Counted from the stretch's first letter, positions 28,349-37,763 are shown. The stretch is 59,633 nucleotides of DNA from Candidatus Helarchaeota archaeon (GCA_029838215.1 JALGVI010000004.1:1-59633), one strand, 5' to 3'. Numbers and translations: made by a program. The notes: generated from the sequence alone by a model not told the origin.

Positions 28349-29662
28349 TTACGAGTTTAGGATTGCATTCATGTGATTCATGCGTTTTTGCAGAATTTTA
28401 CGGGTTCCTACATCGGGTCGGTGAAAGAGATTGCCTTTGATATAAGCTATTGATTTTTCCGCAATTTGTTCGGCTATTTCCAAATTGGGACCCATTCCCA
28501 ATACTGCGATTGCTCGACTCTTCGTTGTTTTTATTTTGCCTTGTTCCTCGTGAACTGATGCATGATAGACTTTGCCCCCGAGCTTGTCAATGGCCGCTTG
28601 ATTTATTTCGACTTCTGTCGGTTGGGCATTAATGGGATATCCGTTAGGAACGAGATATTTGGTAACGGTTGCATTCTGTTTAAATTCAATTTTGATTTGG
28701 TGCAAATTTCCTTTAATCATTGCTTCACAAATTTCAATGAAATTGGTTTCTAGAAGAGGTAAGATATTCATTGCTTCAGGATCACCGTACCGAGCGTTGA
28801 ATTCGATAATCATTGGACCTTTTTTCGTGAGCATGAATTGCCCGTAAAGCATTCCCTTGTAGGATTTGCCGGTTTCCTTTTTCAATGCCTCGACTGTTTT
28901 TAGCATCATTTGGACCGATTCGTCAACATTTTCCCGTGTAACAAATGGTAATAGATGATCAGAGCAGCTATATGAACCCATCCCGCCTGTATTGGGTCCT
29001 GTATCGTCTACGTTTAATCTCTTGTGATCTTGAACAAGGGGCGTGGGGATTACATGGCTCCCATCAACGAATGCTTGAAGTGTATATTCTTCGCCATCCA
29101 ATTTTTCTTCTAAAATCACGCTAGCATTTTTTGCTAAAATTTCTTCGGCATATGCTACGATTTCGCCCACATCATTCAAGTGTTCTCCTGTAACTTTAAC
29201 GCCTTTTCCCCCCGTAAGACCATCGGGCTTAACAGCCAGCTCTCCCAACTTTTCCGCATATTCGCGAAGACCCTCAATTGAATTGAAAATTCGGAATTGA
29301 GCATTTCCCTGAACTTGATATTTTTGTAAAAGTGTCCTACAAAATTCTTTTGATGTTTCAATTCGTGCTACGGTTTTCAAGGGACTACAACAGGCGATTC
29401 CTCTTGTTTCCAAGAAATCGACAATTCCATCAGCTAATGGATTTTCCGGGCCAATTACTCCAAAATCCAAGGATTTGTTTTTAATGAACTCATCCAACGC
29501 ATTGAAGTCATTAAGTTTTGCTAACTTAAACTCGTTTGCGAGCCGTGCGATTCCCGGATTTTTTGATGCCATGAAAGAATGAACCTTGGCACCTGACTTT
29601 TTTAAGGTTTCGCCAATTACCATTTCTCGGGCACCGTGCCCAACTAATAGGACGTTTACCAT
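28349..29662 (-). CDS. purD: Phosphoribosylamine--glycine ligase
   Basis: VLLVGHGARE, GPENPLADG, KPDGLTGGKGV, QDHKR...GPNTGGMGSY and EFNARYGDPE. Confidence 0.96.
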   Translation of the reverse strand: MVNVLLVGHGAREMVIGETLKKSGAKVHSFMASKNPGIARLANEFKLAKLNDFNALDEFIKNKSLDFGVIGPENPLADGIVDFLETRGIACCSPLKTVARIETSKEFCRTLLQKYQVQGNAQFRIFNSIEGLREYAEKLGELAVKPDGLTGGKGVKVTGEHLNDVGEIVAYAEEILAKNASVILEEKLDGEEYTLQAFVDGSHVIPTPLVQDHKRLNVDDTGPNTGGMGSYSCSDHLLPFVTRENVDESVQMMLKTVEALKKETGKSYKGMLYGQFMLTKKGPMIIEFNARYGDPEAMNILPLLETNFIEICEAMIKGNLHQIKIEFKQNATVTKYLVPNGYPINAQPTEVEINQAAIDKLGGKVYHASVHEEQGKIKTTKSRAIAVLGMGPNLEIAEQIAEKSIAYIKGNLFHRPDVGTRKILQKRMNHMNAILNS

Positions 29663-29936
29663 TCAAAATCACCTAATATCTTGAATTTAAGTGGATATTT
29701 GGCTTTTTATTTTTTGCTTTAATCTATAATATATTCAATTAAATCGTGATTTTAGGAAAAAATCGTCTCTATTTTAAAATTTTTTTAGAGAAGAAAGATT
29801 TTTAATGGTGTGTAAATAAAATTTACACAGATTCTTCATGTCTTGAATTTAAGATTTTGATTTGACAAATTATATAGAGACAAAAATACATGAAGAAAAA
29901 AAAAAATAAATTGAAGAATGAAATTTGGTGAGTTAA

Positions 29937-31277
29937 ATGGGTAAAGATTATCCCGAATATGAAGAACCAGATTATTTGTCCGAACCGATGGCATTACCTG
30001 AAGGCGTGGATTTTGATGAGTATGTGATTGCAAGCTATATTGCATATCTGGATGCCAATATCAATGTTGACATAATAGGTCCTGCCGTTGCAATCGAACA
30101 AAGTACGGGGACTTGGACTCCTGTTCCTTATGAAACTGCAGAAGTCCGTCGAAAACACGTTGCAAAGGTCATTTCTTATACTCAACTGCCCGATTATGAA
30201 TACGAACGTCCTTCTCCAAAACAAGAGCCCAAACGTGCTTATTTTCTGCAAATTGCATTTCCATGGATTAATGTTCGCAATACGCTTTCGATGCTTCTAA
30301 CCGCAATTTTTGGAAACATATCAATGGGTGGCGCTTTAAAAATGGTCGATGTTCGTTTTCCCAAGAAATTCATGGATGATTTCAAGGGACCGAAATTTGG
30401 CATTGAAGGAATTCGCAAGCTCTTAAAAGTACCAAAGCGTCCACTTTTAAACAACATGATCAAGCCCTGCACTTACACGTGGAATAAGGATTTTCAAGAA
30501 TTATTTTACAATGCTGCAGTTGGCGGATGCGATATTATCAAGGATGATGAATTGGTTGCTAATCAAGACTATAATCGGTTAGAAGAACGTGTTCCTGCGT
30601 TCATGGAAGCTGTAGATAAGGCAAAATCGGAAACAGGTGAAGAAACGCTATACACTGCAAATATAACTGACAAAATGCCAAACATACTTGAAAATGCAGA
30701 TAGAGTTCAGGAGCTAGGAGGAAATGCCCTAATGATCAATTTTCTCGTGGTCGGATACGAAGTCATGCGTCAGATTGCTGAAGATCCGAGCATTAAACTT
30801 CCCATCCTCGGACATATGGATTTTGCAGGAGCAATGTACATGAGTCCCCAGCATGGTGTTTCCAGCCATATAATATTGGGTAAGTTTGCTCGAATGGCAG
30901 GTGCGGATGTTGTCGTGCATCCAGCTCCATATGGAAAAGCACAGGTCATCAACGAAAAATATACGAGAGTGGCTAACGTAATGCGATTGCCCATGTATAA
31001 TATTAAGTCAACCTTTCCAATGCCGAGTGGTGGCATTACTACTGGTCTTGTCGAAAAATGCGTGAAGGATTTGGGAACCGACATTGTCATTGGAAGCGGC
31101 GGAGGAATTCATGCTCATCCACAAGGTCCTATTGCAGGTGCCAAGGCATTCAGGCAAGCCATAGATGCTGTCATGAGTGGAGTATCTGTCAAGAAAGCAG
31201 GACAAGAGCATGAAGAATTAGGCATCAGTCTCGGAATCTGGGGAGCGGGTAAGAAAACCGAATTCAAAATCAAATAA
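29937..31277 (+). CDS. RuBisCO-like protein (form IV RLP)
   Basis: EQSTGTW, GN, IKP, KDDE, PSGG and GGGIHAHP are present. It has HMD for HRA, KPC for KPK and loop 6 VHPAPYGK, so it is not a true carboxylase. Confidence 0.9.
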   Translation: MGKDYPEYEEPDYLSEPMALPEGVDFDEYVIASYIAYLDANINVDIIGPAVAIEQSTGTWTPVPYETAEVRRKHVAKVISYTQLPDYEYERPSPKQEPKRAYFLQIAFPWINVRNTLSMLLTAIFGNISMGGALKMVDVRFPKKFMDDFKGPKFGIEGIRKLLKVPKRPLLNNMIKPCTYTWNKDFQELFYNAAVGGCDIIKDDELVANQDYNRLEERVPAFMEAVDKAKSETGEETLYTANITDKMPNILENADRVQELGGNALMINFLVVGYEVMRQIAEDPSIKLPILGHMDFAGAMYMSPQHGVSSHIILGKFARMAGADVVVHPAPYGKAQVINEKYTRVANVMRLPMYNIKSTFPMPSGGITTGLVEKCVKDLGTDIVIGSGGGIHAHPQGPIAGAKAFRQAIDAVMSGVSVKKAGQEHEELGISLGIWGAGKKTEFKIK

Positions 31278-31293
31278 TCTTTTCTTTTTTTTT
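31278..31293 (+). terminator. T-rich archaeal terminator between the convergent RLP and cupin genes
   Basis: TCTTTTCTTTTTTTTT directly after the RLP stop codon. Confidence 0.45.
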
Positions 31294-31319
31294 AACTTGG
31301 ATAAAAAGGAATTAGAAAA

Positions 31320-31661
31320 TTACATCTTGACCTTATCATCGGGGATGTAAGGTGCTTTTATAAAGAAAATCTTGCAATTTTCAGAGCCTTCATTTATTAT
31401 GTCGTGTGGTGTTTTTGGAGGCAGGCTAAACACGTCACCCGGTTTTGTTTCCACTCTTTCATCGCCAATAATGAATGTAGGTGTTCCTTCCATGATGAAG
31501 AAAGTCTCTTCCACTTCATTGTGATAATGCTTTCCGAGTTTTTGTCCAGGTTTGTATAGGATGAGACCACCGTCTATTTTTGGACCCTTGAACAGGTATT
31601 TAGGTCCGCTATCGCCATCTCTCCACGGAATTTCCTTTTCGTTTTTAATATCAACCATCAT
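31320..31661 (-). CDS. Cupin-domain protein with metal-binding His/His/Glu/His set
   Basis: KHYHNEVEETFFIMEG...GDVFSLPPKTPHDIIN. Confidence 0.9.
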   Translation of the reverse strand: MMVDIKNEKEIPWRDGDSGPKYLFKGPKIDGGLILYKPGQKLGKHYHNEVEETFFIMEGTPTFIIGDERVETKPGDVFSLPPKTPHDIINEGSENCKIFFIKAPYIPDDKVKM

Positions 31662-31871
31662 CGTTCATCTCCTAATTCTTTCATTTTGAAAACATATCAA
31701 TTAAAATTTACTTGATTCAGCATATAAAAAGTCTTTCTCAAGTCTTGAAAACTTGCTTTTTCAGAATGATTTCATGCCGAATTAATTCAAGTAGATTTAA
31801 AAATGACGTTTCGCTTCCATCCTAATAATGATAACATGATTTTTGAATAAAAATAATGAAGGATGTTTGTA

Positions 31872-32009
31872 ATGAGTAAAGAAACAGATGATACTACTAT
31901 CAAACAGGATCGGGAATGCACGAATTACGGCTGAGGATTAATAAATGTCATCATGGACTATTTTCGCAAGCGCCGGATGACGAACCAAGAGAAAAAGGAA
32001 AATTCATGA
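31872..32009 (+). CDS. Possible small ORF with an in-frame TGA (selenocysteine or nonsense mutation)
   Basis: MSKETDDTTIKQDRECTNYG-TGA(31932)-GLINVIMDYFRKRRMTNQEKKENS*. GAAGGA lies upstream and the ORF fills an otherwise empty 458-bp gap. Confidence 0.3.
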
Positions 32010-32119
32010 TAACTTTTCAGGCTCAAATCTCTCAAAGTCTTGATTTGATGTTGAGATTTCGCCACAAATCCCCTGAAAAGTCCATTAATATCATTAGACT
32101 CATAATCATGAAATAACAT

Positions 32120-33784
32120 TCATTTAAATAAGGCACCATATCGGGCTGAGGATACAAGCCTGGCATAGATGCCGAGAAAACCTTCCGTGATTGGCGGTTT
32201 CGGTGGAGACCATTTCTTTAATCGTGCTTCAATTTCCTCTGGAGAAAGAAGGAGATCTAATTTTCGGTTAGGAATGTCAATGCTTATCATGTCTCCATCT
32301 TCGACTATTGCCAATGGTCCCCCTGCAGCGGCTTCGGGACATACGTGTCCGATGCACGGTCCCCGAGTCGCACCTGAATAACGTCCGTCCGTGATCATTG
32401 CAACGGATTCTCCAAGACCCATTCCTACCAGAATCGCTGCGGGAAGTGATAACTCACGCATTCCAGGTCCCCCTTTTGGACCTTCATAACGAATGATCAA
32501 CACGTCCCCTGCTTGAATTGACTTGCTTAAAAGTGCTTTCTGGACATCTTCTTCCTTGTTGAAAACACGTGCGGGACCCGAATGAACCAACATTTTCGGA
32601 TTTACGGCACTTTGTTTGACGAGTGCACCTTCTGGAGCAAGAGTCCCTTCAAGAATGGCAAGACCACCCTCTGTGGAAAGGGGTGCTTTCATCGCATGAA
32701 CAACATCAGGTCTGGCATTCTGCACGCTTTTAAGAAGTTCTCCCAATGTTTTCCCCATGACCGTCGGAGTATTTAAATCCAATATTGGTGCCAATTCTTT
32801 AAGTACTGCCAACACTCCACCAGCCTCGTCTAAATCCGTAATTGTATGGCTAGAAGCAGGTTTAAATTTAGCAAGTAGAGGAGTACTTCGACTTAATTCA
32901 TCGAAATCATCCATTTTTAGATCTACATTCACTTCATTAGCTAAAGCACACAGGTGAAGAACCATGTTTGAAGATCCTCCAACTGCCAATCCCAATCGTG
33001 CAGCATTATGGATGGAAGCACTCGTGAGGAACCTTCTTGCCCGAACGTTTTCTCTAACGAGCTCTATTATTTTTTCTCCTGCTTTCTGGGCTAGACGCAT
33101 TCGATTAGCATCATGGGCCAGTAGAGTCGCACTTCTCGGGAGAGAAAGCCCCAACGCTTCGACCATACAACACATGGTGCTTGCAGTTCCCATCATATTG
33201 CAAGATCCCTCTCCACAACAAATCTCCGATTCGAGTTCGTGAAATTCTTCTTCGGTGATTTCTCCTTTAGTATACCTTCCTATTGCCTCTTTCACATCGC
33301 AGGTGGTCTTAACTTCTCCATTGATTATCCTGTGAGGCATGACACCTCCCGTGAGAAAGATTGTTGGTAGATTACACCGTGCCGCAGCAATGAGCATTCC
33401 GGGAACTATTTTATCACACGAACATAACATGACAAGTCCTTTAATTGTATAATGTGCCTTAACCATTAATTCAATTGAACCCGCTATGATCTCGCGGGAC
33501 GGAAGAATATAATGCATGCCGGGACCTTGAGCAATTCCATCACATGGTGCAATCGTGTTGAATTCAACTGGAGTTCCTCCAGCTCTTAGGATTCCACGCC
33601 TTACAAATTCGGCAAGCCGATGCAAATGTGCGTGTCCAGGATTAAGGTCATTCCAAGAATTGACTATGGCGATTAAGGGCTTTTTTAAATCCTTATCCGA
33701 AAGACCCGTTGCCTTGTAAAGGGCTCGAAGATAGGCCCGTGCGGGATCTATCTCATCATTGGTTGTCATTTCAAGCTCTCCCAT
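32120..33784 (-). CDS. ilvD: Dihydroxy-acid dehydratase, IlvD/Edd family
   Basis: PCDGIAQG, CDKIVPG, CNMMGTASTM, YEGPKGGPGMREL and TDGRYSGATRG. A sugar-acid dehydratase role is not excluded. Confidence 0.88.
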   Translation of the reverse strand: MGELEMTTNDEIDPARAYLRALYKATGLSDKDLKKPLIAIVNSWNDLNPGHAHLHRLAEFVRRGILRAGGTPVEFNTIAPCDGIAQGPGMHYILPSREIIAGSIELMVKAHYTIKGLVMLCSCDKIVPGMLIAAARCNLPTIFLTGGVMPHRIINGEVKTTCDVKEAIGRYTKGEITEEEFHELESEICCGEGSCNMMGTASTMCCMVEALGLSLPRSATLLAHDANRMRLAQKAGEKIIELVRENVRARRFLTSASIHNAARLGLAVGGSSNMVLHLCALANEVNVDLKMDDFDELSRSTPLLAKFKPASSHTITDLDEAGGVLAVLKELAPILDLNTPTVMGKTLGELLKSVQNARPDVVHAMKAPLSTEGGLAILEGTLAPEGALVKQSAVNPKMLVHSGPARVFNKEEDVQKALLSKSIQAGDVLIIRYEGPKGGPGMRELSLPAAILVGMGLGESVAMITDGRYSGATRGPCIGHVCPEAAAGGPLAIVEDGDMISIDIPNRKLDLLLSPEEIEARLKKWSPPKPPITEGFLGIYARLVSSARYGALFK

Positions 33785-33815
33785 TGTCTAATGTCTTTCA
33801 TCAATTTTTATGCTT

Positions 33816-33842
33816 CACATGTTTTACATGTAAATCACATGA
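33816..33842. promoter_or_regulatory. Operator candidate upstream of ilvD: palindrome TTTACATGTAAA flanked by two more ACATG units
   Basis: Perfect 12-bp palindrome at 33823-33834. ACATG occurs at 33817, 33826 and 33837, about 30-55 nt upstream of the ilvD start. Confidence 0.5.
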
Positions 33843-34031
33843 GTAAAAATGAATCGTTTTTCTCATGATCAATAATTAGCTTCAGATAATTTCTTTGAAT
33901 AATAGACACGTTTTCCTCATTTCAATTTTTTCATTTGAATGATAATTGATGGTATTTTATTTTGATTGCAGAAATTTTGCTTGATTTTTCATTTATTTCT
34001 CAATAGTACTGATTAATTGGCCTCCTCCCTC

Positions 34032-34049
34032 GACACTTCGGTGTTTTTT
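34032..34049 (+). terminator. cUUCGg-tetraloop hairpin followed by a T-tract
   Basis: GACAC-TTCG-GTGTT then TTTT, in mid-intergenic DNA with no annotated + strand gene directly upstream. Confidence 0.4.
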
Positions 34050-34164
34050 ACCCTAGTATTTTTAATATTTAACGAAATTTTATCATGTTTTATCTGAAGA
34101 ATAATCTTCCCTTTTAAATTGAAATGATTGATTAAATTTGCGAATTAACCTATAAAAAGAGAGC

Positions 34165-34213
34165 TTTCATGACACATTTCCACTCTTTCAATGAAACCCT
34201 GCCTTTCAATGAA
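34165..34213 (+). promoter_or_regulatory. Repeated TTTCAATGAA(A) quasi-palindromes downstream of a TATA-like box
   Basis: TATAAAAA at 34151-34158. Copies at 34186 and 34204, and a variant TTTCATGA at 34165. Confidence 0.35.
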
Positions 34214-34355
34214 GATATGGAAAAACTATTCAGAATTAAAGAAGAAAACATATTTTTGAATTAAGCATAAATGATTCAGTAAATTATTCGAATATTAAAT
34301 TATTGAAATGAAATCTGTATTTCATATTTGAATTTTATAGAAAGGGCGGAATTTT

Positions 34356-35435
34356 TTGCACGAGAAACATCTAGAAAGGCTTTTAAAAAAGTCGGGCATT
34401 CCATATATTAGTGAGGCAGCAAAATTTTTGGATCACATTTATTCAAATCCTGATAAAATTCCCAAATTAATCACCAATAACACGGTTGAAAAAGTTTTAA
34501 AATTGGATCGCATAAAATCATCGAAAATTCTAAGTTCTCTTGCAAAATCCGGTTTTATAATTAAAAATATTAAAAAAAATGAATATAGTCCATTTTCGCT
34601 GGCGAAATTTGAATTGATTTGCCTGAAAAGAGTCATGGATGAAAGTAACGTTCAATTATCTTCCTTGAATTCTTTTTTTAACAAGAGTTATAGAATCTTT
34701 TTTTGTGAGAAACTGGGAATAAATACGTTTTTTAATCGGCTCTTGGCTCTATATCCGACTTTTTCTCCAAGTGAAAATCTTTACATCGAAGCATATCTTT
34801 CAGAATTTGCTTTTTCGATCCCTTATGAGAAACATACTCCTCCTTTACAGAAAATAATCGAGCAGATTGTTACGAAAAAGATTTTTAATCTGACACATGA
34901 GCGATATCTTGCCTTGAAAAAACACATAGCACGTATAAAATCTCAGGGCTCCAATAAGGGAACTGTATACTATATCATTCCCATAATGGGCTTTAAGCGA
35001 TTTTGTCTTCAAGCTCGTGACTTCTTAAGTCCTGATATATCCGATTTTTATATCAAGTTATTATCGCTGTTGAAGGATGGGCTAAAGGAACATGAAGAAG
35101 ATATCAAGAATTCCATTTTATTACCTATTATAGTCACGGATCGTGAACAATTCAACAATTTGCAGATGATTTGCAATCCTCATGTCTTTCAATTTTATTC
35201 CGATCATTATATTCAATTGAGTGCAAAGTCTGTTCTCTATTGCTATGGACAGGATCACGCCCGAAACATTGCACAAAGTTACATGCAGTTATTTGAAAGC
35301 CTTGTATCAAAAATAAGCGATGAAATTCAGCCAAAATCCAATCCTTTACTGAAAGCAAATATTGGAGAATTGCTTTTTGATTTTTCCATTCAACAGATAG
35401 ATAAAGAACTCAAGGCGACCAAGAAGATGTCATAA
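34356..35435 (+). CDS. Putative TrmB-like regulator (N-terminal wHTH plus C-terminal effector-like domain)
   Basis: VEKVLKLDRIKSSKILSSLAKSGFI wHTH pattern. The C-terminus ...YCYGQDHARNIAQSYMQLFE resembles TrmB sensor-domain ends. Divergent from ilvD. Confidence 0.5.
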   Translation: MHEKHLERLLKKSGIPYISEAAKFLDHIYSNPDKIPKLITNNTVEKVLKLDRIKSSKILSSLAKSGFIIKNIKKNEYSPFSLAKFELICLKRVMDESNVQLSSLNSFFNKSYRIFFCEKLGINTFFNRLLALYPTFSPSENLYIEAYLSEFAFSIPYEKHTPPLQKIIEQIVTKKIFNLTHERYLALKKHIARIKSQGSNKGTVYYIIPIMGFKRFCLQARDFLSPDISDFYIKLLSLLKDGLKEHEEDIKNSILLPIIVTDREQFNNLQMICNPHVFQFYSDHYIQLSAKSVLYCYGQDHARNIAQSYMQLFESLVSKISDEIQPKSNPLLKANIGELLFDFSIQQIDKELKATKKMS

Positions 35436-36314
35436 AGACCTGACAATATGACCATTCTGCAAGCTTTGTAAGTGGTAATTTCTCCAAACGACCATGCTAT
35501 GAATTAGTTTTTCTTTTAAGTCCTTGTCGACTTGTTTGGCTTGAAGATTGCTAATCCATTCCGAAATATTACCCAAAACGATTGAGTATGGGTTTTTTGA
35601 GAAGATAGAGTGTTTTAATTTGATGATGGCATCATATATTTTATGGTAGTCGTCATTTAGTATAACGCGTCCGAGATTTGTAAACCCTGCTTCAACAGTG
35701 TTGTATGTCTGAAGTTCAAACCTTCTACACACCTGATTTTTTTCATAAAAATTAAGAAGATTCGCAAAAATAAGGTCGATATTTATGTTTTTCAGTGCAG
35801 ATGTCTCGTAGAATGCGGCATCAAGAGATTTAGCGAATTCCCTGCCTTCATCCTGTTCAACTTCTCTTTCATAAGGTCGACCCGTTTTCGGGTTTATTTG
35901 ACCCGACTCGGGCAAATCAACCTTGTTGCCTGCGATGATTAATGGTTTAGTGCCGATATATTCTTGAAATTCGCAGACCCAATTCTCAAGATCGAGAAAA
36001 GTCAGCCTGTTGGTGATATCATAAACGAGAATTACTCCGTGAGCCCCTTCATAATATTGCGTGCGAAAAATTCTGAATCTTTCTTGTCCTGCAATGTCCC
36101 ACAATTGTATTGCATATAAATTTCCGTTAACACTGATTTTCCTCACGCCAAAATTGACACCAATTGTCATTTGGTAACCGCAACTGGGAAAACCTTCACA
36201 GAAACTGCTTGTAATGCCTGTCTTGCCGACAAATCCGTCTCCTATTATTATGAATTTGACGAATTTCTTAACAGGCATATTTTTGTCGAGTAATTTGTAC
36301 GGAAACTCATTCAT
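35430..36314 (-). CDS. Rab-like small GTPase with a C-terminal helical extension
   Basis: G1 GDGFVGKT, G2 TIGVNF, G3 WDIAGQE, G4 NKVD and G5 ETSAL. RabF-like motifs IGVNF, IQLW, RFRIF, YYEGA and LVYDIT. Confidence 0.93.
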   Translation of the reverse strand: MNEFPYKLLDKNMPVKKFVKFIIIGDGFVGKTGITSSFCEGFPSCGYQMTIGVNFGVRKISVNGNLYAIQLWDIAGQERFRIFRTQYYEGAHGVILVYDITNRLTFLDLENWVCEFQEYIGTKPLIIAGNKVDLPESGQINPKTGRPYEREVEQDEGREFAKSLDAAFYETSALKNINIDLIFANLLNFYEKNQVCRRFELQTYNTVEAGFTNLGRVILNDDYHKIYDAIIKLKHSIFSKNPYSIVLGNISEWISNLQAKQVDKDLKEKLIHSMVVWRNYHLQSLQNGHIVRSL

Positions 36315-36497
36315 TTTGTTTCCCCTCTTTTTTAAGAATGATATATTAGCATATTTAAAATTATTTGTCAGAAGTTAGCAATCTATGAGTCGCCATGTCA
36401 TGGAGAATCCGAGAAATCTCTTATATCCTTGAGAAATTCGCATAAAAAAAATAAAAAAAATGAGTTTAATGAAATTTTTTTTAAAAAAAATTGGGAA

Positions 36498-37763
36498 TCA
36501 AGCAAGGTTTTTATCTTTAAACTTCAAGTAATGGATGCAAGCCTTGAGTACCGATTCAAGTGCCTTGGGATCAACTTTGTCTGGCGTGTCTCGGACAGTG
36601 TGGTAGTGTTGCATATATCCCTTCATTGAAGACCCGAGATCTACGCCAAAAATACAAGTTGTTTCTATTCCTTTTTGGGCAAATGCTGCAGAATCCGAGC
36701 TACCTGCCCCAAATGGCGTTGCAATATGTCCTACTTCTATGTTTAAATCTTTGAAAACCTGTTCAAGGTCATTTATGACTTCGCTTGAAAGCTTGATGGT
36801 GGAATTGAGATCTCTTGTCGTGAGATAAAATTTTGTAGGTGTTACTATGACTTCCATGTTAATAACGATCGCGTTTTCTGCTTTCAGCTCTTTTTGGTGG
36901 GCTTTGGCATAAGCCTTCGCTCCTCGTAATCCTATTTCCTCAGCACCCCACGCAGCAATTTGGACTTTCGTGTGTTTCGGAAAAAAATCACCCGATTCTC
37001 TTGCTTCCTTTAGGAATTTTCCGACGCCCATTACAACGGAGACTGCAGATAGGTTATCGCCCGCACCAAGAGTTGGAGTCCACGTGGTAAAGAAGAAGAA
37101 TAACACGCCCAGAGGTATCCCCACGATCATCATTATGATCCAAAGCAGTGAAAATGCCTGATCCGTGATTAGAGATAGTAGGATGTTGTTTAAAAGGAGA
37201 TTGAGATGAAAGAGAATGGCATTAACGACACTGATTACGAAGAAGAGAATAAAAGTTACGATGAATGAGAACATTATGATACCATAAACGAAACCTCCCC
37301 ACCATTTAATGAAATTAAATTGGAATGGAGAATCGATGTGCCCTGAAAAAATTATCGTTTGTCTTGCTTCCTGAGTTGGATTAAAGGTTCCAATTGTATT
37401 TGTCGACTTTTTTTTCGGGAAAAAAGGGTCCAAGAATTGCTTATAGAAAACAAATTCCATGAGGGCTATGAGGATTGCGATGGACATCAGTATTCCAGAA
37501 AGTAAAGGAAATATTTTGAAGAGAAGAATTGATATGATGAACATGGGAGTCACGATCTTTAGCCAGCCCAGAAATGCTTTCGGAGCAATTTTAAATTCTT
37601 CCATTTTGACTTCATCGCAAAGATCCTCCATCATCTTTGCAGTCATTTCTGCGGCTTTTCTCTCTCCATCGCTACCGGGTGATCGCGGTCCGATCTCATT
37701 ACAAATTTTTGAAATATAATCGTGCATGTATTTTCCGTGAGTTTCATCTATTTTTATTGACAT
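36498..37763 (-). CDS. M28-family metallopeptidase with inserted TM hairpins
   Basis: SGHIDS, GAGDNLSAV, GAEEIGLRG, NMEV and HYHTVRDT, with four hydrophobic segments inserted. Confidence 0.88.
   Translation of the reverse strand: MSIKIDETHGKYMHDYISKICNEIGPRSPGSDGERKAAEMTAKMMEDLCDEVKMEEFKIAPKAFLGWLKIVTPMFIISILLFKIFPLLSGILMSIAILIALMEFVFYKQFLDPFFPKKKSTNTIGTFNPTQEARQTIIFSGHIDSPFQFNFIKWWGGFVYGIIMFSFIVTFILFFVISVVNAILFHLNLLLNNILLSLITDQAFSLLWIIMMIVGIPLGVLFFFFTTWTPTLGAGDNLSAVSVVMGVGKFLKEARESGDFFPKHTKVQIAAWGAEEIGLRGAKAYAKAHQKELKAENAIVINMEVIVTPTKFYLTTRDLNSTIKLSSEVINDLEQVFKDLNIEVGHIATPFGAGSSDSAAFAQKGIETTCIFGVDLGSSMKGYMQHYHTVRDTPDKVDPKALESVLKACIHYLKFKDKNLA

Noticed and set aside
29937-31277. Bona fide form III RuBisCO (CO2 fixation or AMP pathway)
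   Set aside because: K177, R295 and H327 equivalents are substituted and loop 6 is of the RLP PxPYG type.
31916-32116. ORF-track 66-aa + strand ORF
   Set aside because: No SD or recognisable motif; the overlapping frame starting at 31872 looks more protein-like.
34169-34264. 31-aa uORF MTHFHSFNETLPFNEDMEKLFRIKEENIFLN
   Set aside because: No SD and no amino-acid bias suggesting an attenuator. It overlaps the operator-like repeats, which explain its sequence.
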